From a virus, in IMG/VR virus record IMGVR_UViG_3300050343_000185: a DNA stretch of 64,000 nt; one strand, given 5' to 3'. This document shows, piece by piece, positions 47,782 through 59,349 of the stretch (positions are counted from its first letter, which is position 1; every line of letters starts with the position of its first letter). The notes under the pieces were generated by a model. The model had not been told where the DNA came from. It searched no databases and saw only the letters and a list, made by a program, of their open reading frames with translations. Position numbers and translations under genes: made by a program.

Positions 47782-47809
47782 TTCCTGTTAATGTTATATT
47801 TAACAGGAA
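47782..47809 (-). promoter_or_regulatory. Perfect 10-bp hairpin containing a late-promoter core TAAATA and covering the SD of the next gene
   Basis: TTCCTGTTAA-8nt-TTAACAGGAA. Confidence 0.6.
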
Positions 47810-47894
47810 TGCGAGTAGGGAGACTTGAACTCCCACGAGCATAATGCTCAACAGATTTTAAGTCTGGTGCGTCTACCGATTCCGCCATACTCGC
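47810..47894 (-). tRNA. trnL: tRNA-Leu(TAA)
   Basis: GCGAGTA acceptor, CT TAA AA loop, long variable arm. Confidence 0.95.
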
Positions 47895-47897
47895 AAA

Positions 47898-47970
47898 TGC
47901 TTCCTGAGAGGATCGAACTCTCCTTAGGCAAATTATGAGTTTGCTGCATTCACCAGATTGCTAAGGAAGC
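47898..47970 (-). tRNA. tRNA with CAT anticodon (Ile2 or elongator Met)
   Basis: GCTTCCT acceptor, GCAAA CT CAT AA TTTGC; promoter -10 TATAAT at 47980-47985. Confidence 0.9.
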
Positions 47971-48143
47971 ACTCCGTATATTATAACACGGATTAGGCAG
48001 GACGGGTAGGGGGTGCTGACAGATTGGTAAATGACTGTCGTTTAATGAATTCCCTTAGTTCAGGAGTCTCTTCCCACTCCCAAGTCTCTTCGTGTCCGTG
48101 TCTATCGATCTTCTTAAACTGTCTTTTTCATTGGAAAACTCCT

Positions 48144-48446
48144 CTAATTTATCCATAATACCATCAAATGATCCGATACTGTCAATCTCTGAGATAAGAT
48201 TGGCAATCTGTGTACAAGCATCCCAGCATCCTTCATATAGTGTAGTGTGTCATGCATATTACCAAGATGCTTGGCACCAATAGCGACCTGAGGATATGTT
48301 GCTTCAGATCCAAACTCTGCTTCAAATGCTCTTTGAGTAAAGTGTTCGTTGAGATTATACTCATGAAACTCTCCACCCATTGACTTAAGTAGTGCTGCGA
48401 TACGCTCACACTCTTGACTACCGTTTGAATAGATTACTGCTTGCAT
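48144..48446 (-). CDS. Glutaredoxin-like protein, 3' end uncertain
   Basis: AVIYS..., TYPQVAIGAKHLG (TVPQ-like); only one Cys (QECER). Confidence 0.7.
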   Translation of the reverse strand: MQAVIYSNGSQECERIAALLKSMGGEFHEYNLNEHFTQRAFEAEFGSEATYPQVAIGAKHLGNMHDTLHYMKDAGMLVHRLPILSQRLTVSDHLMVLWIN

Positions 48447-48637
48447 GTGTCTTCTTTGTAGGTAATAGTGATTTGATTATATACTTCATCTCGATTGTCA
48501 CTGTTGTATACACGACAACGTTCTACTCTTAGCATCTAATATCTTCACAACATTATCTAGTTGTAATTCAACTATAAACTTTTTGAATCCATCATCCATC
48601 CAAGACTTATTAGATCCTGGTGTGTTAAAATCATCCA

Positions 48638-48913
48638 TTATTCAATACCTTTAGGAAAGTCTTCAATCTCAGTCAATTCATAGTCCCAGTCTTCCATGAC
48701 TGTATTAGCAAGAAATCTATCAGATAGCATTTCAAGTTCCTTCTCAGCATACTCTCTGGTCTCTGCTTCCAACCAAACATCAATCACCTTACCCAATCTA
48801 AGTTTCTTGATGTCTAACTCAGACAATCGCTTACAGGCATCTCTCACAGCATTACCAGGAGAGTCATCCACCTGTGATCGTAGTCGGATGAATACTAATG
48901 CTTTAAACTTCAT
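48638..48913 (-). CDS. purS: Phosphoribosylformylglycinamidine synthase subunit PurS
   Basis: DSPGNAV, LRLGKVID, FLANTVMEDW motifs. Confidence 0.88.
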   Translation of the reverse strand: MKFKALVFIRLRSQVDDSPGNAVRDACKRLSELDIKKLRLGKVIDVWLEAETREYAEKELEMLSDRFLANTVMEDWDYELTEIEDFPKGIE

Positions 48914-49727
48914 GCTTGTTCCCTCTCGTCAAGTGCTTCATGAATAATTTGTTTCAACTCAATACGTTCTTCTGGTGTGAAGATTGTACGAATTTTTACT
49001 GGCATAGGAGCATAACTACTTGGTTTCTTTGATTTACCAGGAAGACTCATTGCCCTGTGTGTCAATTTTGTCCATTGTTCTTTTTAACCAACAAGGTTTA
49101 CATAACGAATTTGTCCAACTACCATCAGGTGCTTGGCATCCTACCTGAGGACTTGATTCGCTGGCACCATTTTACCACACCCAACACATTTTGTCTCCCA
49201 CATCTTCATAATGTTCTCTCCAATCTTTCGGTTGGTTGATCTGGGAAGTCTCTTGGTCTACTATCAGTAGCATTATCAGTCTTAGGAGAACCTTCGTTCG
49301 CCTTCATAGTATGCTGATAGTTTGGTCGTGGATATCTCATTAGAATGGATCAGGCATCCAATATGTTACCTGCCATTCTTGTTAGGATTTAACTCAAGAT
49401 GCTTCTCTACACTATGAGAGAAACTACCAAGTTGAATGTATCCATCGTGAGTGATACATCTGCCATTGTCACCAGCATCAACTAGGAACATCATCTTGCT
49501 ACTCATAGCAGTTCTTGCTCTGGGTTAAGATTTTTCACGAATTGCTCAGGATCCTTTTCTGACTTGTGAACCCAATGATAGCGCATCATCTCGTAAATAG
49601 GATCCCACATGGGGATACAGACATAATCTTTCATGTGTGTCTCGCAGCAAGTTCTTTGAGTTCCTTTGCTGTGAGTTTATCTAATTGCTCTGTAAAGTGG
49701 TCCAGTAGCAATTGTTTGTATTGTTTC

Positions 49728-49904
49728 TTAGTCATGGTATTGTTTAATTAATCGTTCAACTTGTTTCTTGTCTGATCCACAAGGAGCATTTTTTAGACAC
49801 CTAAGAATTAGTTCAGTATCACTGATAGTAGGTTTGATTGTAAACCCCCATTTGTCAACTTCACCCTCTGTAGGTGCTTCGACGTAATCAAATTCACTTG
49901 GCAT
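49728..49904 (-). CDS. Small hypothetical protein
   Basis: MPSEFDYVEAP... part of the ORF-track entry. Confidence 0.5.
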   Translation of the reverse strand: MPSEFDYVEAPTEGEVDKWGFTIKPTISDTELILRCLKNAPCGSDKKQVERLIKQYHD

Positions 49905-50218
49905 TAGTCTCTTTGTCTCCAATCATCAGGTTTGTCTTGCTGAAACCAACCCTTAATATCGTCAGCATCAGTAAATCCCTTCTTATGGTTGGATGGATCG
50001 GGATCTCCTAAACCCATCCTATTCAGAAAATCGTCTGTGCTACCCTCTTCAATATTTTGTGATGCTTGGCGTCTTGCCATCTTTAACATCTCATTAGCAG
50101 ATGTATTTGCCTTAGCAAGTTTCTGTGCCCAGATCATATCATCTAGTTTTACATCTTCATTATTTGCGATACATTTACAAATAAATTCTAGTCGTAGTCT
50201 ATATTGTGTAGATAACAT
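49904..50218 (-). CDS. Cyanomyovirus hypothetical protein
   Basis: Intact ORF; CTAAATA late-promoter core at about 50241-50247. Confidence 0.7.
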   Translation of the reverse strand: MLSTQYRLRLEFICKCIANNEDVKLDDMIWAQKLAKANTSANEMLKMARRQASQNIEEGSTDDFLNRMGLGDPDPSNHKKGFTDADDIKGWFQQDKPDDWRQRD

Positions 50219-50254
50219 ACGGCACTCATTTCCACGTAATTATTTAGAACCATG

Positions 50255-50276
50255 AAAAAAGGGACCCGAAGGTCCC
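50255..50276 (-). terminator. Intrinsic terminator
   Basis: GGGACC-TTCG-GGTCCC followed by TTTTTT on the minus strand. Confidence 0.9.
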
Positions 50277-50329
50277 CTTGGGTGTTCCGACTTTCGTAGA
50301 GACCGCACGAAAGGTCTCAACGTTATTTA

Positions 50330-50701
50330 TCAGAAGCTGTACTTCAAACCGAGTTTGGTTCCATAACCACGGTCGATGTCGCTGTCGCCACTACCAACGA
50401 AGGAGACTTCGCCATATGCTCCAAGAGCATCGGTCAAACCGATACCAACGCCTGCCTTACCAGAAGGAACGGTGTCGCTCTCAGCACCATCAGGAGAGAC
50501 TACAGTAGCGCCGCCTTGGACGTAGTATGAAGCGTTCTCGCCAAGAGCGCCTTCATAACCTACGTGAAGGTCAGTCGCGGTTCCGTTGTAGCTGGATCCC
50601 GTGAAACCGGAGTTGGCTTCTACGTTAACGTAGGGTCCTGCGAAAGCAGCACCAGCAGAGACGGACAGGGCAGCGGTTGCTGCGAATACAGATTTGATCA
50701 T
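50330..50701 (-). CDS. Small outer-membrane beta-barrel (porin-like) protein
   Basis: Signal peptide ending AAFA, alternating beta-strand pattern, C-terminal LKYSF. Confidence 0.8.
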   Translation of the reverse strand: MIKSVFAATAALSVSAGAAFAGPYVNVEANSGFTGSSYNGTATDLHVGYEGALGENASYYVQGGATVVSPDGAESDTVPSGKAGVGIGLTDALGAYGEVSFVGSGDSDIDRGYGTKLGLKYSF

Positions 50702-50782
50702 TGTTGTTTAATTACCTTTGTTTACTTGCGGAATTTATACCCGCAGATGATGGATCGGTTCGACTCCCGATCGCATGAATAT

Positions 50783-50811
50783 ATTATAGCAGAAGACGCT
50801 CGATGCGTCAA
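50783..50811 (-). promoter_or_regulatory. Near-consensus sigma70 promoter TTGACG-17-TATAAT
   Basis: Plus-strand cgtcaa 50806-50811 and attata 50783-50788. Confidence 0.85.
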
Positions 50812-50927
50812 CCAGGTTATGCAAGTAATTGCGGCACTCGCCTGATTTGCTACAAGAGTAATTTATCACACCATAACCCTAAAAGCAATGGGGCTTGTGC
50901 CAGTTTACTATCAGTATCAGTGATCGT

Positions 50928-51953
50928 TTAGTTAAGTAAAATTAATGCGCCTGTGATTGTAACGTTTCCTAATGCCGACATTGTAACGTTACCACCACCA
51001 GCAATAGTCATTGCTCCAGTGGAACCAACAATCATTGGTCCGGTAGAAGTCATTGTTGATGCACCAGTTGCTGCTGATACGATTGCTCCACCTGCTGTCG
51101 TGGCAATAGCATCTGTTGCTTTAATTGAAACACCACCAATAACAGTATTAACACTATAAGAAGTATCTCTTGCTTTAATTAACGGTGGCACTGATGGTTT
51201 TCCAGCAATGACAGTTTGTGCTATGCCACCAACCCATTGCTTATAATCACCAAGAATAGACCAATTAACATGTCCAGGTGAAACAATGTTTTGTGATGCT
51301 CTAGGGTCAAACTGTACAGATGTTTCTTCACCAGCACCAAATGTCATCTTCTGACCAAAGATAATATCTTTTTTATTGTCTACAATTTGCTCAATAGTGC
51401 CAGCACTCATTTGAATAGTACCACCACCATTAGATCCTGCCTGAATGAATACTTGTGATTTTCCAATCAAAAATAATTCTTCTTCGGCAGTAATAACAAT
51501 TTTCTGTGCTTTAATATGTCTTTCACTACCGGTAGCTTCTTCTACAATATCTCCATATGCAATAATGTTTAGTGCTTCATGACCATCATCACCACAATTA
51601 TATTCAATGTGAGTTACTTGTTCATGTTTTTGTTGCTGTCCATGAGTGTGTATACACAATTTTCCACTAGAAGCACCTTTTTCTACATTTTTTTCTCCAG
51701 TAACAATAACAATAGATCCATTGTTTTGAAGTGAAAGAAACCCAGCAGTGCCTTCGGGACCATCTATTCTTAGCGTTGATGTCTGACCATCAGGATACAT
51801 ACGTTCATAAATCTGTGAACGAGTCAACACACCTTTCCAGCATGTTGTGAAGACAGGACCATCTTTTAAGTTCTGTGTTTCATCTGCCGTGGTTTGTTTG
51901 AAGATACCTGTAGGGTATTCATTAGCGGGTACAGCGTGTGACATTATGGACAA
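50928..51953 (-). CDS. Baseplate spike-associated protein (gp5 C-terminal beta-helix-like)
   Basis: Follows gp5; repeated short beta-strand units at the C-terminus. Confidence 0.55.
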   Translation of the reverse strand: MSIMSHAVPANEYPTGIFKQTTADETQNLKDGPVFTTCWKGVLTRSQIYERMYPDGQTSTLRIDGPEGTAGFLSLQNNGSIVIVTGEKNVEKGASSGKLCIHTHGQQQKHEQVTHIEYNCGDDGHEALNIIAYGDIVEEATGSERHIKAQKIVITAEEELFLIGKSQVFIQAGSNGGGTIQMSAGTIEQIVDNKKDIIFGQKMTFGAGEETSVQFDPRASQNIVSPGHVNWSILGDYKQWVGGIAQTVIAGKPSVPPLIKARDTSYSVNTVIGGVSIKATDAIATTAGGAIVSAATGASTMTSTGPMIVGSTGAMTIAGGGNVTMSALGNVTITGALILLN

Positions 51954-54810
51954 TCAATATAACGACCAGTTCCGATCTTAGTAGATCCAACTGTAGTGAG
52001 TGCTTCAGTATCTAGGCATCTGAAAGATGGTAATAGTTTAGCACCATATCCACCGCCACCAACGATTACAATCTCAGGGAATTTTTCAAATGTCAATTGT
52101 CTATCTAAAATTCTAGCGCCAACGACAAATCCATCTTCGTTGATAACTGCTTCCGCAACACCAAGTTCACCATTTATATACATATCAGGTTCTGATGTAT
52201 ATCCAATTCCGGGGCGGATTATAGTAAATGCATCAATAATACAACGAACGCCAGATTCATTAGCAAGATTTAATTTATAACCATATCCAGATGCTTTAAT
52301 ACGAATTTCTGTAATAAATCCATCTTGATCTAGTAAAGGAGTTGCTACAGCACCAATTCCTTCACCGCCAATAAAGACATATGGTGGTTCTGCCCAGGGA
52401 TCTCCAGGTTGACTGATAGGTATTTCAATAATTCCTCCATTATCATCTGTAATAATAGTTTCAGGAATAACTTCAGGAACAATAAATTCATCTGTGGTTG
52501 TTCCTGGAGTATCACCCTCACCATCATCTTCTGGTGGTTCAGTATTAATTTCCGGCACCACCAGCACATTTGCAGTAGCACCAGTTCCATTTACAGTGAA
52601 TATAAGTAACTCTTCATCTTCATCTAAAGAATCTTCAGAAATTCCAATTATTACTTCAGCAGTATTATTATTAATAACAAAAATACCTGTTGTTTTTCCA
52701 CCAATAATATCATCAGATTCAATATCACCTGTTAATGTATAGTATGCATATGTACCATTTTCTACATTTTCTGTAGTAATTGTATATGTCACAAAATCAC
52801 CTTCCTTGACAGATACCTTATCAGCAATTACTTCATATGAAGGTGGAGTATCATTTGTTGTATCATCTGTTGTGCCATCAGAAAATGGGTCATCATCAGG
52901 AGATGGTGTATCATCAGGAGGTGGAGTAGGAATATCTTCTACTACTTCAGGTGGAAAAATATCAGGTATAATTGGATTGGGATTTAATGGTCTAGGAGAG
53001 TATGGATTTCCTGGTTCTTTTATATTACGCTCTGTAATCACACACCTACCAACATTTTTTATAAGTCTAGATCTAACTCTACTACCTTCACCCGGAGAGT
53101 TTATCTTTAGAATGACATAAAAGTCTTCATCACCTTCTTTTTCCTCTGAATAGAAAGTTCTAATACTAATTCTTTTTACAGTTTCTCCTTGAGCAAATCC
53201 AAGAATACCACTATCAGACAAGTAATCTTCATCTGGAGTAGCAGTTCCTTTCTAGATGTTCTATAAGACACAGATGAAGCAGATTCAGTAACTCCAGTTC
53301 TAGTTACCTCAAATACAGCATTAAATCCCTCCTCTACAATAATATCAGATATCGTATAAACAATTTTTGGTGATTTTGTTGGTTTATCACTGTAACGAGG
53401 AACTCCACCAGTAAACCCAACTGTTGTAATAGATAATGGTTTTCCAGTATAAGCATCTTCACAGGTATACTGATTAAAGTCAGCTCCTGTAGCAGGGAAT
53501 AAATTATCAATGTTGGAAAGAAGATCATCTAGGAAATCATTTCCTTTTTTGTCCTCTTTATCTTTTTTCTCACCATCTGTACAAATTTGTTTGTATCCGG
53601 CACATTCATTATTAGGTCCAGAGCAAGAAATACCAAGTAATTTTAAGACGAAATTAATTGCTCCACCTAAAATATTAAGTGGTCCGGCAATAGCACCAAG
53701 AATATCCTGAATAGGTCCAAGGATACTGCTGAGTATAGTCTCCATCAATGAATTAATCTTTGATAGAATACCATTTACTAGTGTGTCTACTTGACATGCT
53801 GCAGCACGATAAACCTGATTAACTAGACCCATTAAAACGTTCGTCAACCATTCTGCCAAACGATCTCCAAGATCTGCCATTTTACACCCAAGATCTTTGA
53901 GCAGATTATTGAACCATTCTGTAACTGGAGTAAGGGCATTTCCAGTTTCATTTGGATACAATACTGCTTTAATTAGATCCTTAACAGCATTAGTAAGTTT
54001 CTCAAGCACAAAACCTTTTACCTTTGCGATAAAATGCCTGATTACAGCCATAAACTTATTGACATACTTTCTTGCTATGCCAATACCACTATTAATTGTT
54101 CCACTGATAGGACTGATTAAATACGTGCCAATGTTTCCATCATTTTTCTGAACTTCATTTAAAAATTCACCAAGTAAAATTTTGGTTTTGTCAGTTAAAT
54201 TTTGTTTGTCGCATTTTTCTGCTACAGATTGACACCATTTTTCATCATCCCGACCCCTCAGCATTCTTGGGGGTATTGGGACTGTATCATCACCAGTTGG
54301 CAAAGCACCAGTAGTTTTGTTTGCTTCTCCTTGTCCACCTTCAGGATTTTCTGGTGCTGGTTGTCCGTCTGTAACAGGATTTACCGGATTATCAACTGTA
54401 TTATTGACTGTTCCAAAAGCTGTGCTGCCATCAGGTCTCTCACTCTTAGAGATAGTTGTAGCACCAGGAGTTTGTCCAATAGAACCCATGATAATGGGTT
54501 TCTGCTTTAAGTTATCTAAGTAAAAACCAACAACCCAACACCCCTTAATAAGTTGTGGATGTGCTCCACCAACATTACCAGGCATGAAGGGCACATTGAC
54601 TGGCATCATCACATTTGCCCATGGCAAGTCTTTCGTATCAAGGATCTCCTTACTTGCGGGGTGATCTCCTACGATACGAACCTTAAAACGATAACCACCT
54701 TTGTTAGTTTTTTCTTCTGAGGCAGTTTGTTCGACTTGGCCCACCCACCAATTGAAACCATCGGATCCAATGCGCTGAGTAGGAATCAACTGTGATAATA
54801 GTTGGTCCAT
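51944..54810 (-). CDS. gp5: Baseplate hub/spike gp5-like protein with Calx-beta-like region, split by an indel
   Basis: GFNWWVGQVE...RFKVRIVGDH...LPWA...GCWVVGFYLD OB-fold signature; FAQGETVKRISI...EGDEDF. Confidence 0.8.
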
Positions 54811-54815
54811 GTTAA

Positions 54816-55050
54816 TTAATCATCGTAAGACTTTACACTCTAGTGCGCTTGGATTCCATTGATCACAATAAAGTTCTAAAGTGCAGTTGGATCATGATGA
54901 TCTCCTGCCTCAATTTCTTGTTTGTGATGTTCTGCATAATCTTCTAAGTTCCTGAAGTTCACCTTCGATATGACGACGTTGGTTGGGAGAAGTCATAGGA
55001 TTGTCAAGGATCTCTTTGTCCTTAGCAATGTGGGCTTCGATATTTTCCAT
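54816..55050 (-). CDS. cp12: CP12 Calvin-cycle inhibitor, disrupted by indels
   Basis: MENIEAHIAKDKEILDNPMTSPNQRRHIEGEL...HHDPT..LELYCD..NPSALECKVYDD after frame correction. Confidence 0.85.
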
Positions 55051-55070
55051 AAGTAATTGCTTCTACGTTT

Positions 55071-56491
55071 TTATTTAGTGCCGTGGTTTGATGGTCTATC
55101 TTTAAGACCATATGAATCTCTCATAAGTCTGAGAGTTGTTGTGAACTTACCATTAGTTCCTGACTGTAGTATCATAGGTATGAGTTGCCTCGTCTGAGAT
55201 TAAATAAGTTCCACTAGATTCTGTAGTCGTATTGATCTTTTCTTGCTTCAGCATGTTGGAAGCTTTACTCGACTAACCTAATGTCAATTTTATCTCCCGC
55301 ACAAATATCAGGATTTCCAGGAATTACTATGAGTGCATATTGATTATTTAATAACTGATATCTCGCGAGAGATTGTGCAGGAGTAAAATTTCTGCCAGTC
55401 AGCAAATTTAGTAGGATCTTGTACTACCGTCTTTTGGATCTGGTGAAGCGGGGGTTTTTTCGTTATACCATGATTCGTGATCTAAGTAGATAGACATCAT
55501 TCTACTCGGATAATCAGATAATTCAATCTGATTTGAGGGAATCAAAGTAATTCCTTCTTGACCACCCAAGATGTGCCATATTATCATAACTGTCTTTAAT
55601 CTTGTAAACATACTCTTCATACTGTCCTGTGGAGTGGTTGAAGAACACCATCATAGAAGAATATTTACCTCTGCGTAACGAAACGAGCAGATTAATTTCA
55701 GACGCAAAATTTGATTCCAAAATTTGAAATCTAGTATCACCATCTTCCTGGTTGCCCAATCTCTCTACATATTCTCCCCACGTTTGTGAATCTAATTTTT
55801 TTGATTTTAATTCGCTATTATCATCAGCACATAAAGAATCGACAGCAAAAAAATTATATCCTCTGATTGTTTCCCAAAAGAAAAATCCACCGGATCCTTT
55901 AATTTGCTGCTCTGATTCATTATTATTTGAACTATTACTAGAACTATAATTTGTTTGCGGAGATACACTTCGTACAGAAAGATCAGCAATTAAATCAAAC
56001 GGTCTTTTTCTGCTTGGAATCATCTTTGTCTCAAACTTTGATGGTTCCGAATATACTGTTTTTGTCGTCTTTAAAGAATTAACAAGAAGATCATTTATAA
56101 TACTCTCAGAATTTCCAAATAATGGTTTATTGATTCTGGTAACTTCATTTATTAATGCTTCAGCAGAAACTAAACCAATATCATATGACTGTTTTTTCTG
56201 TTGGGCAAATCTATTTTGTACAGTCCAAATTACAAATTCGTATTCTATCTTTTTTTTAAATGCGGTAGAATTAACTTCTATTATTACTTTCTCCCCACCC
56301 TGTATTGGAAGACCTATAAGCAATCCAGCACTATCAACAACCCTCATTTTTGCTGATAAAAAAGGAAAAGCAATATTTTCTACGTATTCTATATGATTGA
56401 CTAGTCCCGTAATAGGACGTGGTTTTTTATCACCATTTGGATAAATGATAACTTTTGTTAGCGTAAAGTCAGTTGGATTTGATACTACCAT
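55071..56491 (-). CDS. Baseplate hub protein (gp27-like), split by an indel
   Basis: IEYVENI...MRVVDSAGL..GLPIQGGE; C-terminal SGTYLISEA.H.Y...TTLRLMRDSYG. Confidence 0.65.
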
Positions 56492-56493
56492 GA

Positions 56494-59159
56494 TTATTTT
56501 ATAGCAGCAATATTTGCGAAAGCAACCAAACCGTGCCCGCTAGATCCAAGAGTTGCCATTGAGGTAGTAGCTTGAGATTCTTGCGTGGATGATTGTGTGG
56601 TGGGTGCTGGCACTGTAATAACAAATGGATTTTGTTGAAGTTGCTTTTCCTGCTGTTGTATCATAAAAGACTTCAGAAAAAGATTATCACTTTTGTCTTC
56701 TACTGGATCCATTAATGCTGATAAAGGATTAATTGGAGGAGTTGTAGTTAAATCACCAAATTGCCCACTTCCAGAGTTTGCTTTCTTCAGCATATCACTA
56801 TACAGTTTCATAGCACCAGATTCTGTAATATGATTGTTTTCCACAGAAAGTCCTTGCCATCCTGCCATTGATCCAGCTTTTGATAACGAAGCAGAATCCA
56901 TTGCTTTATTTGGATCAACACCAAGACTCATCAAATGAGCTAAAGCAAGTTTTTGTTGATTTTCAGGAGTATATAAAGTTGTTGTTGGATCCATTCCTGC
57001 GTCCTTCACTCTCGCCATCATTGTACCTGGATGGAATTGGAAAGCACCAGCAGCATGAGAAGAATATACTGTACCATCTGGGGAAGCATATTTAACTTTT
57101 CTACCGCCAAATCTTTCTGGCAAGAATCCTTGTCCAATAGAACTTCCATACGCCATATCATAAACTTCCTGCATTGTCATTTTTGTCAATTCAGGAACAA
57201 CCTCACCACCAACTATTGTGTTATATCTATCTTTACCACCCGCTTCTGTAGCGTTAATTGCTGCCAACCATGCTTTTGCTTCTGGGGTATCACCAGCAAG
57301 TTTAGATACATCAATGTCTCCACCACCGCCAGGAGTACGATCGCGATCGTCATCTCCACCACCTCTCATCCATTTTGGTAAGAGTTTGCCAAGTGCATCT
57401 AATAGTCCTTTCCACCATGGTTTTTTATCAAAATACTCAGAGAATCCCGATGCTTGTAGTTCGGCATATTTTCTTTTGTTATTTTTTTGTGCCTCTAACA
57501 TACCTTCACCAAACATAAGAAATGTTTTTCTACCTCTAGCACCTTCAAGTGGAAAAACACCTTCTTGACCAGCTTCGCCAACTAGACCAGCAACTGGTTT
57601 AGTAACAATACCACCAGAAGCAAATGGAGTCAAACTCTCTGAGTTAGAGTTGCTAGATTTATTTCCACCGGTTAAAGCATCATAAATTGCTCCACCAACT
57701 AAATCACCAGCAATACCACCAAGAATAGTGCCAACACCAGGAATTGGAACAAACGATCCTAGACCAGCACCAAGTGTAGCACCAACTGCCTTTGCTGCTG
57801 CTCTACCAACCGATTCTCCCAAAGCAAGACTTATACCAAAATCTAATAGACCACCAACTATAGGAACTCTCTTTAATACAGGACTCAAGAACTTCATCAC
57901 TCTTGCTCCTTTAGCAAGACCCATTCCTGCTGCTTCCAAACCTTCTGCGCCAAAGCGTTTCATGGCAGCTTTTTGACCATATCTTTGAGCGTATCTCTTT
58001 GTTATATCGTTTTGTGCTGTACCAAGCGCATCACCTGGACCAGCAGTGCCAGCAAAAATTCTATTAATAGATAACTTACTACCAGTCATACCGTTGTTGC
58101 GGAAATTCATTCCACGGATACCAGGTCCCCCAGCATTAGCAGTAGATAATCCTGATGCTCTTTGTGCTCTTCTCCCAGCACGACTCATTCTACCAAGACC
58201 ACGACGGCGACCACGGCGACCACCACCAAGCATACTCAATCCAGTATCTAAAAGATTTCCCATGCCACCAAGCATGTTACCAAGAATTCCACCTTGAGGG
58301 ACCTTCAAAACCAGATCCTTCAGGATCTAAATCTCCACTAGACTTACGTTGCAGAGACATATTTGATTTTTCAGCAGCTGCTAATTGCCTGGAAGCAATT
58401 TTTTCTTGTGTATTCTCTGCATTTGAAGCAATCAGCATTTGCTGTTGTAATTGACGCTCCGCAATACCAACCTGAAGTTGTCCTAAACTTTGAACACTAT
58501 CAACTACTTTTACATTTATTCTTTGTACACTATCAATTGCTTGAACAGTGGTATTATTGGATCTAACAATTATTTGCCCAATTTGATTTAAAATACCAGC
58601 AATATCTTTAATTTCAGTTGCTGTAGTATTAACACTACTAAATCCCAGCAGCATTAGTTTTAGTTCCTTGGTATTTGGCAACTTCTCCACCAAGAACTTC
58701 AGGATTAATTGCTTGTGGTCCTGCTTCTAATAAGTTTTGAGCAACTCCGCCACCTGCCTGAGCAACTCCACCAAAAAAAGATGCTAACCCACCACCATCT
58801 TCAGCAGGAGAAAAAATCTCATTTGAAACGTTATAATCAAAACCACCACGAAAACGAGATGCCTGAGATCCTGTAGGATCTCTACCAGGACCAGGATCAG
58901 ATTCAAATCTACCTCTAGTCCTGGCAATTCTATCACCACCAAAACTAGATCCTAATGCTCTCTTAAAGAAATATCCTTTACCAATTCCTGCTTCTTCTAA
59001 GGATGTGCCACCATCTTCTGCTTTTTTTGAAGCAAAAGCACGCTCTTTACGAGCCATGTTTGATGAGTTTCCTATTCTATCACCAATAGCACTAGCAATA
59101 CTACCGAGAAGATTTCTCTCAGTTCTTAAATCTGTTGGGTTTAAAGATCCGTGTGCCAT
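56494..59159 (-). CDS. Tape-measure/hub-like protein with a lambda-R-like muramidase domain, split by indels
   Basis: Coiled-coil and Gly/Ala-rich segments; WLAAINATEAG...YNTIVGG...AAGAFQF. Confidence 0.65.
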
Positions 59160-59349
59160 TATCGTTGTTTAGCGGCGGCTTCGTTTTGTTGTTTAACTTG
59201 TTCTAAGTGTTGCATCAATAAAGAAACATATACTTGCCTCTCAAATGGCATCATATTTTCAACATCACTTAAACTATATTTATGATGCTGCATCAAAGCA
59301 AAGTTAGTTTTGTAGTACCCCTCCAAAGTATTATGGAAGAGTGCTATCC
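59159..59349 (-). CDS. gp51: Baseplate hub assembly protein gp51
   Basis: YYKTNFALMQHHKYSLSDVENMMPFERQVYV signature; first Met only at 59293. Confidence 0.85.

Noticed and set aside
50745-50776. tRNA fragment (GGTTCGACTCC T-arm-like) on the plus strand
   Set aside because: No acceptor, D or anticodon arms; it is the complement of a 5'-UTR hairpin
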